In this document: positions 14,045 to 24,556 of the stretch, in pieces | How the letters are laid out: every line of letters begins with the position of its first letter | Numbering within the stretch: position 1 is the first letter of the stretch | Assembly: GCF_006345805.1 (NCBI RefSeq) | Contig: NC_043013.1 | Span: forward strand, 22,630,001 to 22,694,000 | Length of the DNA stretch: 64,000 nucleotides | DNA from: Octopus sinensis | Taxonomy: Eukaryota | Direction: 5' to 3' | Notes under the pieces: model-generated | The model's database searches: none | The model's input: the letters and a program-made list of their open reading frames with translations, nothing else | What the model was told of the DNA's origin: nothing | Program-made: the position numbers and the translations under genes

Positions 14045-15361
14045 TATTTACATTTGATGGATATTTGTCCTCATCTTGTTTGTTGTTAACACAATGTTTC
14101 GGCTGATATACCCCCCAGGCTTCATCTGGTGTCTTGGGGAAATTTCGAACCTGGGTTCTCATTCCTAAGGTATTTTTGATGTTGTTGTTATTATTATTAT
14201 TATTATTTAGATGTACTGCTTGGAATCAAACTTGGAATCTTGGGGTTAGTAGCCCGTGCTCTTAACCACTATGCCATATGCCCCCGAGTTCGATTCTAGG
14301 CAGTGACCTGAGTAATAATAAAAATGATCATAATAATAATAGCATCGAAAAATACCTTAGGAATGAGAATCCAGGTTCGAAATTTCCCCAAAACACCTGA
14401 TGAAAGCTGAAAGATTGTATTAACAACAAACAAGATGAGGACAAATATCCATCAAATTTAAATAATCTACATAATTCCTCATCTCTCAAATATAGAACTA
14501 TATATATATATGCATGCACATATACACATGTTACTTATGTAGGTATTGGTGGCTCTGTGGTTAAAAAGCCTGTTTTGCCAATGTTGTGGTTCCTGATTTA
14601 GTCTCACTGTGTGGCACCTTGGACAAGTGCCTTCTGATTTAACCCCAGGCCAACCAGTGCCTTGGGAGTGAATTTGGTTGACAGAAATTGTGTGGAAGCT
14701 CATTCTATGTGTGTGTCTTTGTATTTGTCACTCCTAGCACTTGACAACAGGTGTTGGTTTATTTATGTTCCCATAACTTAGTGGTTTGGCAAAAGAGACC
14801 CACAGAATAGCTACATTTGTTCAATTAAACCCTTTAAAACAAAGCTCCATTTTAGTAATTTTCCATTTAAAAAAAAATCTGTGTCTGTTTTGGTTACGAA
14901 GTTACAATATGTTCCCTTCTGATTAAATTTCCTTGACTCCTTGTTCACATATAACAGAAACCAACTTAGCCGAATCTATCCAGGACGGCACCGGGTTGAC
15001 TCCTCCAATTTCTATCCTGTTCCAATGTGGTGCTGTGGGTCCCAAATGCTTGCCCTAAATTATCAAACTGGAGACCGAAGCATGCATTTACATCACAGCC
15101 GGTTTGCCATGAACGGCCAGTAAGTTGTGTTTTGTTTTGCTCATTCTTTTGTACTTTGCTGATGTTCGTAGCCAAGTTGATAAGGTGGTTGGTGCAGCAG
15201 CCAATAGCTGCAAGTTCAAAATCCTTCCGCAAGTGCTGTAATGTATCTGTGGGACAAGAGTCCTTAATCCTCAATAGCTCTGACCCCTGATTCAGTAGAC
15301 ATATCAGGTTTGAGTGTGGATTGGATTTAAAAATAACTCCCTTTTAAAAGCTGTTAACGTA

Positions 15362-15398
<37 letters not shown>

Positions 15399-18300
15399 TC
15401 CTCTCTCTCCCTTCTTCTCTCTCCCTCTCTCTCTCTCTCTCACACACTCACACGTGCATTTGCTCATAATGTGAGATGACAGTGCACCATATTTTGATTT
15501 TAAAAAACTGAATATTTTAATTAAGATGTATCTACTTAACGTTTTCCCTTTAACCAATATTCTGAAATCTGAATATTTTCTTTAAATGCAATTAATTATT
15601 GATTTGTGCATTTGTTACTTCAATCAACTAATTTTTGCACTTGTGTTTTTTTGTTCATTATTCTCAATAACTTGACACTAAACTTAAAACGTATGACAAT
15701 GGATTGCAGTGAGAGAAAAATAACAATAGTAGCACCGAGATACTTTTGACACATTTTTTTCTGGAAGACAACTCCGACCATATCCCCCCCCCCTATTATT
15801 TAAACAATAACTTACATCATTTCGCCCTTAAATATGTTTTCGTTTTAAACATTAAACGTTTTGCAATTAATAAATAGTGAAGAAGCTACTGCTGATCGTA
15901 GTTGTCTCCCTTTATATGTAACTTTTTTTTTTTTTGACTAAGTTATTTCATTTGTACATTTAACAACCATCCAGCCGTCGTAAAGTTTTACTTGTATTAA
16001 AATACTAAGATCTTTTTAAAATCTCAACAATGATATAGTAAATGTCCGTTAGTTCAGCCAAACGATGCTGATTGCCCCCCCCCATCTATTTCATGAAATA
16101 AACGAAACGTGAATTTAATGGTTTCCATTTAAGATGGATCTTTGACGCCGTAATGCCTTTAACTATATTTTATAATAATGAATATGTACTCATTTCATTG
16201 ACTGTAGTTTTTGAATTGCACTTAATCACTGAAACTTTTTGAGCTTCCTGTCCCCGTGTTACAACACGTCAACAATGCTATTAACTTTTTGTACAGCCAC
16301 AGAGTATTTGACAAAGGGAAGTGTTAACAACGTCTCACAAAATTGCTCTATCGTACATGCTCCACATCCCATCTACTTCTTACATTAATATCTTGTAGAC
16401 ACGACACTGTTTTTTGATGCATACTCTTAAAGATCTTCAATCTTGTACTTCCTATCTCCTGTCGTAGCATATGAGAGCAAATCCAGTATCTTAACTACAT
16501 TGTGTCTCATCATCATCATCATCATTTAACATGTGTTTTCCATGCTGGCATGGATCAGACAATTTGCCCAGGAACTGGCAAGCCAGAGAGCTGCACCTAG
16601 CTCCAGTGGTCTGTTCTGGCATGGTTTCTACAGCTGGATGCCTTTCTTAATGTCAACCACTTCAAAGAGTGTATATTGGGTGGCTTTTATGTGGTGTCAA
16701 CGTAGATGCTTCTTATGTGGTACAGGTGCTTTTTACATGGTACCAGTACCCCTTGTAACAATGTCTGTATATGAGCTTAAGCTATAGTTTGTTTCCATTG
16801 ATTGCTTGTTTTGTTTACAAAATTGTTTATTTGTTTTTCAGATGTGGTTATATATTGCAACCGGAATGCATGAGGGCCGAGGACTACGACCCTTTCAGTG
16901 TCCACACAATGAAAGGAATTGAGCCAATGATGTTAACAATGACCGTAAGTTGATGGTCTTTCTCAGTCTTACTGTTTTCGTTATAATTAAACTGTTAATT
17001 ATAAATTATCTTTACAATTTTATGATTGAATAATTAAGACAGAAGAATGTGAAGCGGGATCTTTGACAATATCCATTTTGTTAGTTTAATGTTCCAAGTC
17101 CAGATTTTATTGGAAATCCCTGCTAATTCATTAAGATAAAAAGAAAAAAGTAGATACCAGTTATACTTTGGTCAAGTCCTACGACTCTGCTACTTCTCTA
17201 AATAGTTGGCTTTCTACTTTGTCACCAGAAGCTAGTTCATCGTCATCATTTAACGTCCGTTGTCCATGCTGGTACGGGTTGGATGGTTTGACTGAGCTGG
17301 CAGGCTCCACTCTGATTTGGCATGGTTTCTACGGCTGGATGCCCTTCCTAACATCAACCACTCCGAGAGTGTAATGGGTGCTTTTTACGTGCCACAGGTA
17401 CAAGTGCCATTTGCATGACATTGGGGTGTGTTTATGTGCTAATTTGCATGACACCGGTATCTGCCACAACTTTGCCCAATGGGTCTCTTTCTCAAACACA
17501 ACATTAATGCCAAAGGTCTTGGTCTTTGCAAGAAATCAATTCTACTTGATTTCTCCATGAATATTTGAATGTTCCTGCAACACTGCAATGGTTTCCCTAA
17601 TACCTTCTCCATGTCTCGAGCTTTATCTTTCCAATCTTATCCCCTACTTCTGTTGTTTACTGATATGAGTGTTCTATAAAATAGTGGTTGGAACCATTTC
17701 CTAATTCTAATTGAACCATTTTTTTCTTTACTCCACTTGGTCCTTATTCTTTCTGGTCATAGTATCCGAAATAGAATTGGATTCCACAATGCTTGTTTAC
17801 TTTTGATATATATATAAAGACAAAGTGTAACCGCTTTCCTATTAAAGGACGCAGGACATATTTGTGTTTGTGTGGGGCATTATACACACGGCCCCTTTTT
17901 AAATTCCTCTGGGGTCAGCCTAGTTTTTAAGGGAAACACCAGAGTTCCAGAAAACCAGTGATGGCCTGCATCATTAAATAGCAAATCCAGAAACCTGTCC
18001 AAGTAAAATAAATTATTTTGCCATGAGGAAGGGGCCAGCCTTCATCTAATGAAGGGTTTTGTCCAAAACATTAGATTTCTTCTTTTCTTTAGCAAAATGA
18101 TTTATTCCATTTTTGAAAACTTTTGGTCATTTTTTTAGTTTATATTTGCATTTCCAGCAGTCTTATGAACACAATGTTGTTTTCTTAATAAAAATGCAAG
18201 GAATACCTGTCTTGTTTGCAGGGGGGATCTGTTTTGGGTCACATGGACATGTTTTAACTTCCTCTCTTCAAACGGTTTCTCAACCAAATATTTATTTGCA

Positions 18301-21300
18301 ATTTCTTTATAGATTTTCACAATTTCTAAATAAAATAAACAACAAAACAATAAATGTAGAATGTTTTTGCTTTTATTTCCTTTTTTTTCTTTCTTTTTTA
18401 TTCAGATAATTGGTGCCAGGCATTTAGTAAAGCAAGGTCGAGGCATTGCCAGTCCTCTTGTTGAAGTTGAGGTCTGCGGCCTTGATTGTGACACCCATAA
18501 ATGGCATTCAAGTACGAAAGGTAAAGATGTTTCTAGAAGTCTTGTCAGAAGAAAGAGATACTTCTCTGATTGGAGGCAGGGGTGGATGGTGGCGTATAGG
18601 CAGTTGTTTGCATTTGACCCTTTCGACACATCCGGCCAAAATATTTGACCTGTCATGTTGAAACTGGCCAGTTCTGGCCTCTCACACCAACCCTACAATG
18701 CCATTCTAAAACTAAGCAGGTACATCATTGAAATCTGTAAACTACGACATAATTCAGGATTAATCCAAAGTTGAAAGGTCGAACGATTTAAAAAAAGTGA
18801 AAACAAACAAAAAGAATAATAAATATAATAAGTATCTTTTGTGCCACAGAACCAATATAATGAGGAAAATAGGTGGGGTGGGGGGTTATGTAGAGAGGCG
18901 GATGAGCTCCAGGTTGACGGCTCAGTGTCTTGTTCAGATATGATCATGCTATATTTTGTTGTTTTTCACTAAATTTATTTCTGAATTGTTCTTTGTTTTC
19001 ACTTGGCACCTTATATTATTTTTGCAACCCCCTACTCTCCTCCCCTTCTTTTTAGCTATTCCCCTACCTTTCTGCTACACCCCATTCTACCCTCCTGCTA
19101 CCCCCATTCTATCCCTCTACCTTTCTGCTACCCCCCCATATTCTACCCTTCTGCTACCCCCTATTCTATCCCTCTAACCTTCTGCTACCCCCATTCTATC
19201 CCTCTACCTTTCTGCTACCCCCCCTATTCTACCCTTCTGCTACCCCCTATTCTATCCCTCTAACCTTCTGCTACCCCCATTCTATCCCTCTACCTTTCTG
19301 CTACCCCCCCTATTCTACCCTCCTGCTACCCCCATTCTATCCCTCTAACCTTCTGCTACCTCCCATTCTATCCCTCTAACCTTCTACTACCCCCTGCCAT
19401 TCTACCCTTCTGCTACCCCCTATTCTATCCCTCTACCTTTCTGCTACCCCACCCTCCATTCTACCCTTCTCCTACTCTCATTCTATCCTTCTACCCTTCT
19501 GCTACCACCCACTCATTCTACCCTCCTACTACACCTCATTCTACCCTTCTGATTTGGCATAGTTTTTTATAAGTAACTCAAATCAAAAATTCTAGTACCA
19601 TGAACCACTTCTTAGCATAACATTACATAAACACACACACACATATATATATACATTTGTTTTTGCTTTCTCTTTAACAGTGGACAGTGGTCTAAATCCA
19701 GTCTGGAATGAAGTCTGTCACTTTGATATCGAATGCCCTGATCTGGCCTTATTGCGTATCGTTGTGCAAGTGGAAGATATGGTAGGAGACCCCAGTTTTC
19801 TTGGACAGGCTGGTTTCCCTGTGCATACATTACGATACGGTAAGGAAGCTGATGCTAAATTTCACAAACACTCCAAGCATTACCTGTCCTTTTTTTATTG
19901 TCTCAGTTTGATGTTTGCATGAAAGTCTATTATTAGATAATGCTACTGGCACCGTGTTAGTGGATTGGATTAGCCCCAGTATGCAACTGGTATTTTAGTT
20001 TATCAACCCCTTATGGATGAATGACTAAGTTGGCCTCAACAGAATTTGAACTCAGAACTTAAAAAGTCAGAAGAAATGCCTCTAAGCATTTTATCTGACA
20101 TTCTAATGATACGAAGAAGAAGAATGTGTTACATAGGCACAAGGCCAGCAGTTTTAGGGTGGAGTAAGTGTATGAAATTGAGACCCGGCATTTGTCAAAC
20201 CCTTCCCTTAGCATTTCTGCAGTTGGCCCACTTTATTTGACCAATCATTTCCATTCCTTATGATATTGACTTTTTTTTTTGATATGAAGCTGGGCCTTGA
20301 CCAGTCCAGTACACAAAGGTTGGTGGAACTCTCATTCAAGTCTTTTATTGGGTTTAATCATTCTGGTGGCACCCATTCCTCTCCAGGATATTGGTGCCGT
20401 TTTTCTTTAATTGAGTTCACTCATCTTTGATAAGTTTTATCTTTTTTTAATCCAGCCTGGGGTCCCCCACACCATTCCCACAAGGCAAGCCCAGTAGGGG
20501 CTGGTTTAGTTGCTGACCACTCAAGCATGAACAGCTGGTATTGGATTACCTGGTTACCAGTAGCAGGTTCCCATCAATCTGAGGTGGCATCAGCCTTCAC
20601 CTGCCCTCAAATACCAGAATTTGGTTTCAGTGGGATTTGAACTCAGAACATTAAAAGCTCAAACAAATTCTCTAGAAACCCTTTTTATGATTTTCTTAAC
20701 AAATTCTCTCTACTTTTTGTTTCCTCCTCAGGTTATCGAGTCGTTCCATTATTGAATGCTTATTCGGAAGAATTAGAGTTAGCTTCTCTTTTAATCCATT
20801 TTGATATAAGGAACACAAGAGTAAGTATTTCTGTTGCTTTTGTTTGTTAAAAAACAGCCATTGCTTAATCCTAATCCACTTGCAATCTTTCAATCGTTAT
20901 GCTATACCTGTTGTGAACAGACAATGTCTAAACAACATGCAGTAAAGTCGGCAGAGGAATGGCTTTGTAGATCCTGATTTTGGTTTAGAGCCTTCTGAGA
21001 CCCTTCCTTCTGCAAATGTTCTTAGAATATCTCCTCAGAGTGATCCTGCTTTTGACCAGTTTTACCGTTTTCTTCATCATTGATGTGGACAGTTTTTGAA
21101 AAAAATCCTCACATGTATTTTTTTGTTGATGGTGTTCCAGGCAGACGGCTTTTTCTACTTAATAAATACACACCCACACACTGTCTTTTACTTTCTCTCT
21201 TCTTCAGGTTGTGCATTAATCAGTTAACGTTAAATGTTTATTTTTGTTCTATTTTCTGTTGACTTTATTGATCTTCCATTTAAATAAGCAAACCTGCATT

Positions 21301-23287
21301 TCCATTACATCATCCACAAATCTGTTGTTTATTTTAACAATATAATCTTCATTTCTCACCAAAACTACCTGACACCACCTGTAGTAACCCTCCCACAATA
21401 ATTGCTAGAAGGCCACCAGTTCCCCAACTTTCATAAAATCATATTCACCTTCCTGTTATCTACCTACAATATTACCTCATGAAGTGGAACAATTTTTACA
21501 AAGGAACGGAAATCTGTTTGGTTGACTTAAGAAATTCTAGACTCTCTAATAGAAGTAGACACATTCAATAAGGTAATTATCGATGGCTCTGCAAAATATA
21601 TAAATTAAAAGACCAGAGACAACTTCAAACACAATACACCTTACATAAAGCCACATCCTCGGCTGTCTTAACCGTTTCACATTTAGATTGATCTGGCACA
21701 TATAGTGCTTATTTAATCACATTGTTTTGAATTAATCAAGCTCCAAAACGGGGCCATTCAAACATATTTGTAACTTAAATTTTTTGTCAGTCGGTGCATA
21801 AATACCAATGTCTCACAATGATGCATTTACAATAAAATAAGAGACCTCTTGTTGCTACCAATACTACAGCTGCCCTCATCAACCTGTCTCCCTCCACACC
21901 ATACCTTCAGATACCATTTCCAATCTTGCTGCCAATATTGCCAAATTCATGTAAACCATTTACCAATAATAGCAACACCATAAAAAACAAAAGTAACCTC
22001 AAACTTTTTGCAGGACAGCGAAGACCAGGAGATTTACAGTTCCATCCAAGAATTACGGAAACAGGCTGATGAATTGATGGAGCAGCTTGAAGATGAGGAG
22101 GATGTGATGCAACGCGATATTGTTGAACAACAGCTTAATGAGGCCACAGAGAAGTTACAAGCCAAAAGAGAAGAGCGCAAACAGAAGAAGTAAGTGCCTC
22201 TGGTTTGTTTATCTGGTTGTTGTTGTTTAGCCCCGGGTCAGCAAAACTAATGACAGCTGTGATAAAATGGGGATCAATAATATTGTGACCAAAATAAATA
22301 TCCATCCAGTTTGGTGACAAGTTGTCAGTTGCTCAAGGTATTGAGGGCCCTGCTCATTCAATCAGCATGGAAATAATTTAGTAATTCCACAAATGTGTAG
22401 AACTCTTGAAAATGGTCCTCAGGTAGGATCGATGTGACAAGGTTGAACCTTTAAATTACCAGAACAATTTCCATCTGATGAGCTTCAAATTTCTATCTGA
22501 CCAAATTCCACTCACAAATCTTGGGTTGAATGTCTGAGGCTTTACTAAAAGAGATGTGGTCAAGATTCCATGGAGTGGAATCAAACCTGAGACTTTGTGA
22601 TGATCAATATTTTAACCATTTGGCCCTGTTCTATGCAATATGAGGGAAGGTAAATTGCTTTTGATCGTTGCCAGAGCAGCCAACTGGCTTCCATGCCGGT
22701 GGCACGTAAAAGCACCATTCAAGCGTGATCGTTACCAGCATCGCCTTACTGGCACCTGTGCCGGTCACATGTGTAAAAGATTCGAGTGAAGTCTTTGCCA
22801 GTACCGCCTGACTGGCCCCGTGCCAGTGGCATGTAAAAAGCACCCACTACACTCTCGGAGTGGTTGTCGTTAGGAAGGGCATCCAGTTGTAGAAACTCTG
22901 CCAGATCAAGATTGGAGTCTGGTGCGGCCATCTGGTTCGCAAGCCCTGTCAAAATCGTCCAACCCATGCTAGCATGGAAAGCGGATGTTAAACGATGATG
23001 ATGATGATGATGAAGAAATGTTTGTTTCTTTATTTGGTTGATGTTAAGTTGCTAACCCCAACATTCACCATCATCGTCATCATTCTAGCATCCATGCTGC
23101 CATGGATTGGATGGAATTTGTTGAGGCAGATTTTCTATGGCCAGATGGTCTTCTCATTGCCATCCTTGACTTGTCTCCAAGAAAGATAAAACTTCCTTAT
23201 GGTCAGGCATGTTTTCATTGAACGCTAGAAGCAAAAGACACTATTTCTATGGCAGTGACCCATGCATACAAAGACAAGGAGACACCA

Positions 23288-23322
<35 letters not shown>

Positions 23323-23929
23323 ATTGCGGTTTCTGTCTACCAATTCCACCTACAACACTATGGTCAGCTTGGGGCTACAGTAGAAGACATTTGCCCAAGG
23401 CACTGCACAGTGGGACTGAACCCAGAACCGTGTGGTTAAGAAGCAAACTTCTCAGCCACACAACTAATATCTTCACCTCTACACAACTAGTTCATAGATT
23501 GAAGGTTCAATTCTTGTCACTGACACAATCCTGTGTTCCTGGAAGAGACACTCAAATGCTTAATGGTCTGTGGTGCCATTTCGTGTCAACTTGCCAATAT
23601 GTTCTGCTTAAGGTGGAAGAAAATTATGATAATTCGGTGTTTCTTGATCTGGTATTGCTGAAGAAAATAATAAGGTGGACACTCCAGTTGTGAACCTCAA
23701 ATCAAAATCTCATTATTCTGTGCCATGTTTAGTTGTATGTGATGGCTCATGTTGGATTTCACATGTAATATCAATGCCGTAACAAAACAAAGATTTATTT
23801 ACATTTGACGGATATTTGTCCTCATCTTCTTTGTTGTCAACACAACGTTTCGGCTGATATACCTTCCATCCTTCATCAGGTGTCTTGGGGAAATTTCGAA
23901 CCTGGGTTCTTGTTCCTAAGGTATTTTGA

Positions 23930-23961
<32 letters not shown>

Positions 23962-24243
23962 TCACAGCCCGGAATTGATCTCGGAATTTTGGGCTTAGTA
24001 GCCCATGCTCTTAACCACTATGCCATATGCCTGTGGATTTGATAGACAGAAATAAGATGACAAATATCCGTCAGATGTAAATAATGTACATAATTCCTCA
24101 TCTCTTAAATAAAGAAGTATATTTATTTTCTGCTTAATTATTGTATCTCTATCTACTTATTTGCTTACATATATTTCTTTGTCTCTTTTTCCAGGCAGAG
24201 TTCCAGATCGCAAATTGTTTATCGGCGGACAGCAAACAATTAA
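769..24243 (+). CDS. PLCG1: Phospholipase C-gamma (PLCgamma), 3' portion of a spliced gene; 13 exons visible, 5' exons outside the window
   Basis: Exons join in one continuous frame giving the diagnostic PLCgamma order linker-SH3-split PH(C)-Y box-C2-tail. Motifs [99 protein letters not shown] match the PLCgamma family. Symbol is given by family orthology (PLCG1/PLCG2/sl type). Confidence 0.96.
2423..2790 (+). mobile_element. tRNA-derived SINE family A (GGCGCAGGAGTGG head, ACCTTGGGCAAGTG core, AAAAGAG tail)
   Basis: Multi-copy in the window, with A/B-box-like head and internal AC microsatellite. Confidence 0.88.
6892..6995 (+). CDS. PLCG1: PLCgamma exon: SH3 N-half ([35 protein letters not shown])
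   Basis: Polypyrimidine tract + cAG acceptor; TG|GTTAGT donor (phase 2); canonical SH3 motifs. Confidence 0.95.
7843..8005 (-). mobile_element. SINE family A, 5' half
   Basis: Reverse complement matches head and core of family A. Confidence 0.8.
8966..9111 (+). CDS. PLCG1: PLCgamma exon: SH3 C-half and start of split PH ([20 protein letters not shown]...[16 protein letters not shown])
   Basis: ttcAG acceptor, G|GTAAGG donor; 146 nt, phase 2/1 consistent. Confidence 0.95.
9378..9976 (+). mobile_element. Tigger/pogo-family non-autonomous DNA transposon remnant
   Basis: Right end ...GCAAGATATCACTG|TA; degenerate left TIR near 9378; residual N-terminal HTH peptide [24 protein letters not shown] at ~9720-9795. 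Confidence 0.65.
11486..11634 (+). CDS. PLCG1: PLCgamma exon: split PH C-half ([14 protein letters not shown]...[16 protein letters not shown])
   Basis: cacAG acceptor, CGG|GTAGGT donor; 149 nt, phase 1/0; PH terminal helix with conserved W. Confidence 0.92.
12010..12097 (+). CDS. PLCG1: PLCgamma exon: start of Y box ([29 protein letters not shown])
   Basis: cacAG acceptor, A|GTCAGT donor; 88 nt, phase 0/1; matches IAxELSxLxVYC motif. Confidence 0.93.
13262..13349 (+). CDS. PLCG1: PLCgamma exon: Y box ([28 protein letters not shown]), ends at a U12 AT donor
   Basis: ccttcAG acceptor; 88 nt, phase 1/2; followed by ATATCCTTTAC. Confidence 0.93.
13368..13545. repeat. Degenerate (TCA/TCG/TCC)n trinucleotide repeat
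   Basis: Periodicity-3 low-complexity tract starting ~18 nt after the U12 donor. Confidence 0.8.
14041..14490. mobile_element. Divergent inverted pair of a tRNA-headed SINE with hammerhead-like motif
   Basis: Minus copy 14041-14283 (A box TGGCATAGTGG); plus copy ~14283-14490 (B box GTTCGATTC). The bodies are reverse complements of each other. Confidence 0.85.
14545..14805 (+). mobile_element. SINE family A, diverged
   Basis: GTGGCACCTTGGACAAGTG core and family A body. Confidence 0.75.
14949..15119 (+). CDS. PLCG1: PLCgamma exon: Y box core ([56 protein letters not shown])
   Basis: Highly conserved PI-PLC Y-box sequence; AC acceptor, CA|GTAAGT donor; 171 nt, phase 2/2. Confidence 0.96.
16842..16944 (+). 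CDS. PLCG1: PLCgamma exon: end of Y box/C2 linker ([34 protein letters not shown])
   Basis: tttcAG acceptor, ACC|GTAAGT donor; 103 nt, phase 2/0; CGYxLQP motif. Confidence 0.95.
18406..18520 (+). CDS. PLCG1: PLCgamma exon: C2 domain part 1 ([38 protein letters not shown])
   Basis: Long pyrimidine tract + cAG, G|GTAAAG donor; 115 nt, phase 0/1. Confidence 0.95.
19061..19551. repeat. C-rich minisatellite (alternating ~24- and ~30-nt subunits, CTGCTACCCCC-ATTCTA core)
   Basis: Directly visible tandem units in the intron between C2 exons. Confidence 0.9.
19681..19839 (+). CDS. PLCG1: PLCgamma exon: C2 domain part 2 ([52 protein letters not shown])
   Basis: aacAG acceptor, G|GTAAGG donor; 159 nt, phase 1/1. 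Confidence 0.95.
20732..20820 (+). CDS. PLCG1: PLCgamma exon: C2 domain end ([29 protein letters not shown])
   Basis: ctcAG acceptor, AGA|GTAAGT donor; 89 nt, phase 1/0; [21 protein letters not shown] motif. Confidence 0.95.
22014..22189 (+). CDS. PLCG1: PLCgamma exon: acidic/basic helical C-terminal tail ([24 protein letters not shown]...AKREERKQK)
   Basis: ttttgcAG acceptor, AA|GTAAGT donor; 176 nt, phase 0/2; open, coding-like composition and in frame with the previous exon. Confidence 0.82.
22670..23011 (+). mobile_element. SINE/LINE-tail repeat family D ending in (GAT)n
   Basis: GGAAGGGCATCCAG..CCCATGCTAGCATGGAAAGCGGATGTTAAACGATGATGATG. Minus copies at ~8450-8690, 16508-16760 and 17243-17460; short tails at ~1420, 3380 and 4080. 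Confidence 0.8.
23325..23462 (-). mobile_element. SINE family A, 5' half
   Basis: Reverse complement of family A head/core. Confidence 0.75.
23795..24116. mobile_element. Same SINE family: minus copy (23795-24031) plus inverted 3' tail (~24054-24116)
   Basis: Sequence near-identical to 14041-14490 family, with the same inverted arrangement. Confidence 0.85.
23839..23884 (-). ncRNA. Minimal type I hammerhead ribozyme motif (Penelope-type, dimer-dependent)
   Basis: Minus strand GACAC-CUGAUGA-A-GGAUG..CAGCC-GAAAC-GUU-GUGUU: stem I GACAC/GUGUU, intact core, stem II with one mismatch, palindromic ACGU stem III. Confidence 0.7.
24195..24243 (+). CDS. PLCG1: Probable terminal coding exon of PLCgamma ([15 protein letters not shown]-stop)
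   Basis: tctcttttt ccAG acceptor; phase 2 completes a Lys codon; TAA at 24241-24243. Confidence 0.7.
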
Positions 24244-24250
24244 TTGTATA

Positions 24251-24287
<37 letters not shown>

Positions 24288-24519
24288 CCTCAATTTCTGC
24301 CCTTTCTCCACTCCATCTCTCACTATCCCTCCTTTCTCTCTCTCTCTCAACCTGTTACTTTTTTTTACAAATGTTGCCTTAATTTCCCACTGCAGGAAAT
24401 CTAATAATGTTATAATTATCAACACCCACAGATAATTATTATTAATATTATTATTATACTTATTATTATTATTATTATAACATACAGAATAAAACACAAT
24501 TTAACACACACATGTGCGT

Positions 24520-24556
<37 letters not shown>

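Larger units (their letters stand above)
13350..14948 (+). other. U12-type (minor spliceosome) AT-AC intron, 1599 nt
   Basis: 5' site ATATCCTTT (13350-13358); branch site TTTCCTTGACT (14928-14938, branch A at 14936) 12 nt before a terminal AC (14947-14948). Splicing gives ...[15 protein letters not shown] in frame. Confidence 0.93.

Noticed and set aside
13343-14089. 248-aa hydrophobic ORF resembling a multi-pass membrane protein
   Set aside because: It is the + frame of the TCA-type repeat plus intronic and microsatellite sequence inside the U12 intron; no domain signature.
14941-15123. Idea that the missing AG/GT around the Y-box exons marks a pseudogene or sequencing error
   Set aside because: Full U12 donor and branch consensus with AT-AC termini explain the junction in frame.
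19061-19551. Regularly spaced repeats that might suggest a CRISPR array
   Set aside because: No unique spacers, eukaryotic intron, no cas genes; it is a minisatellite.
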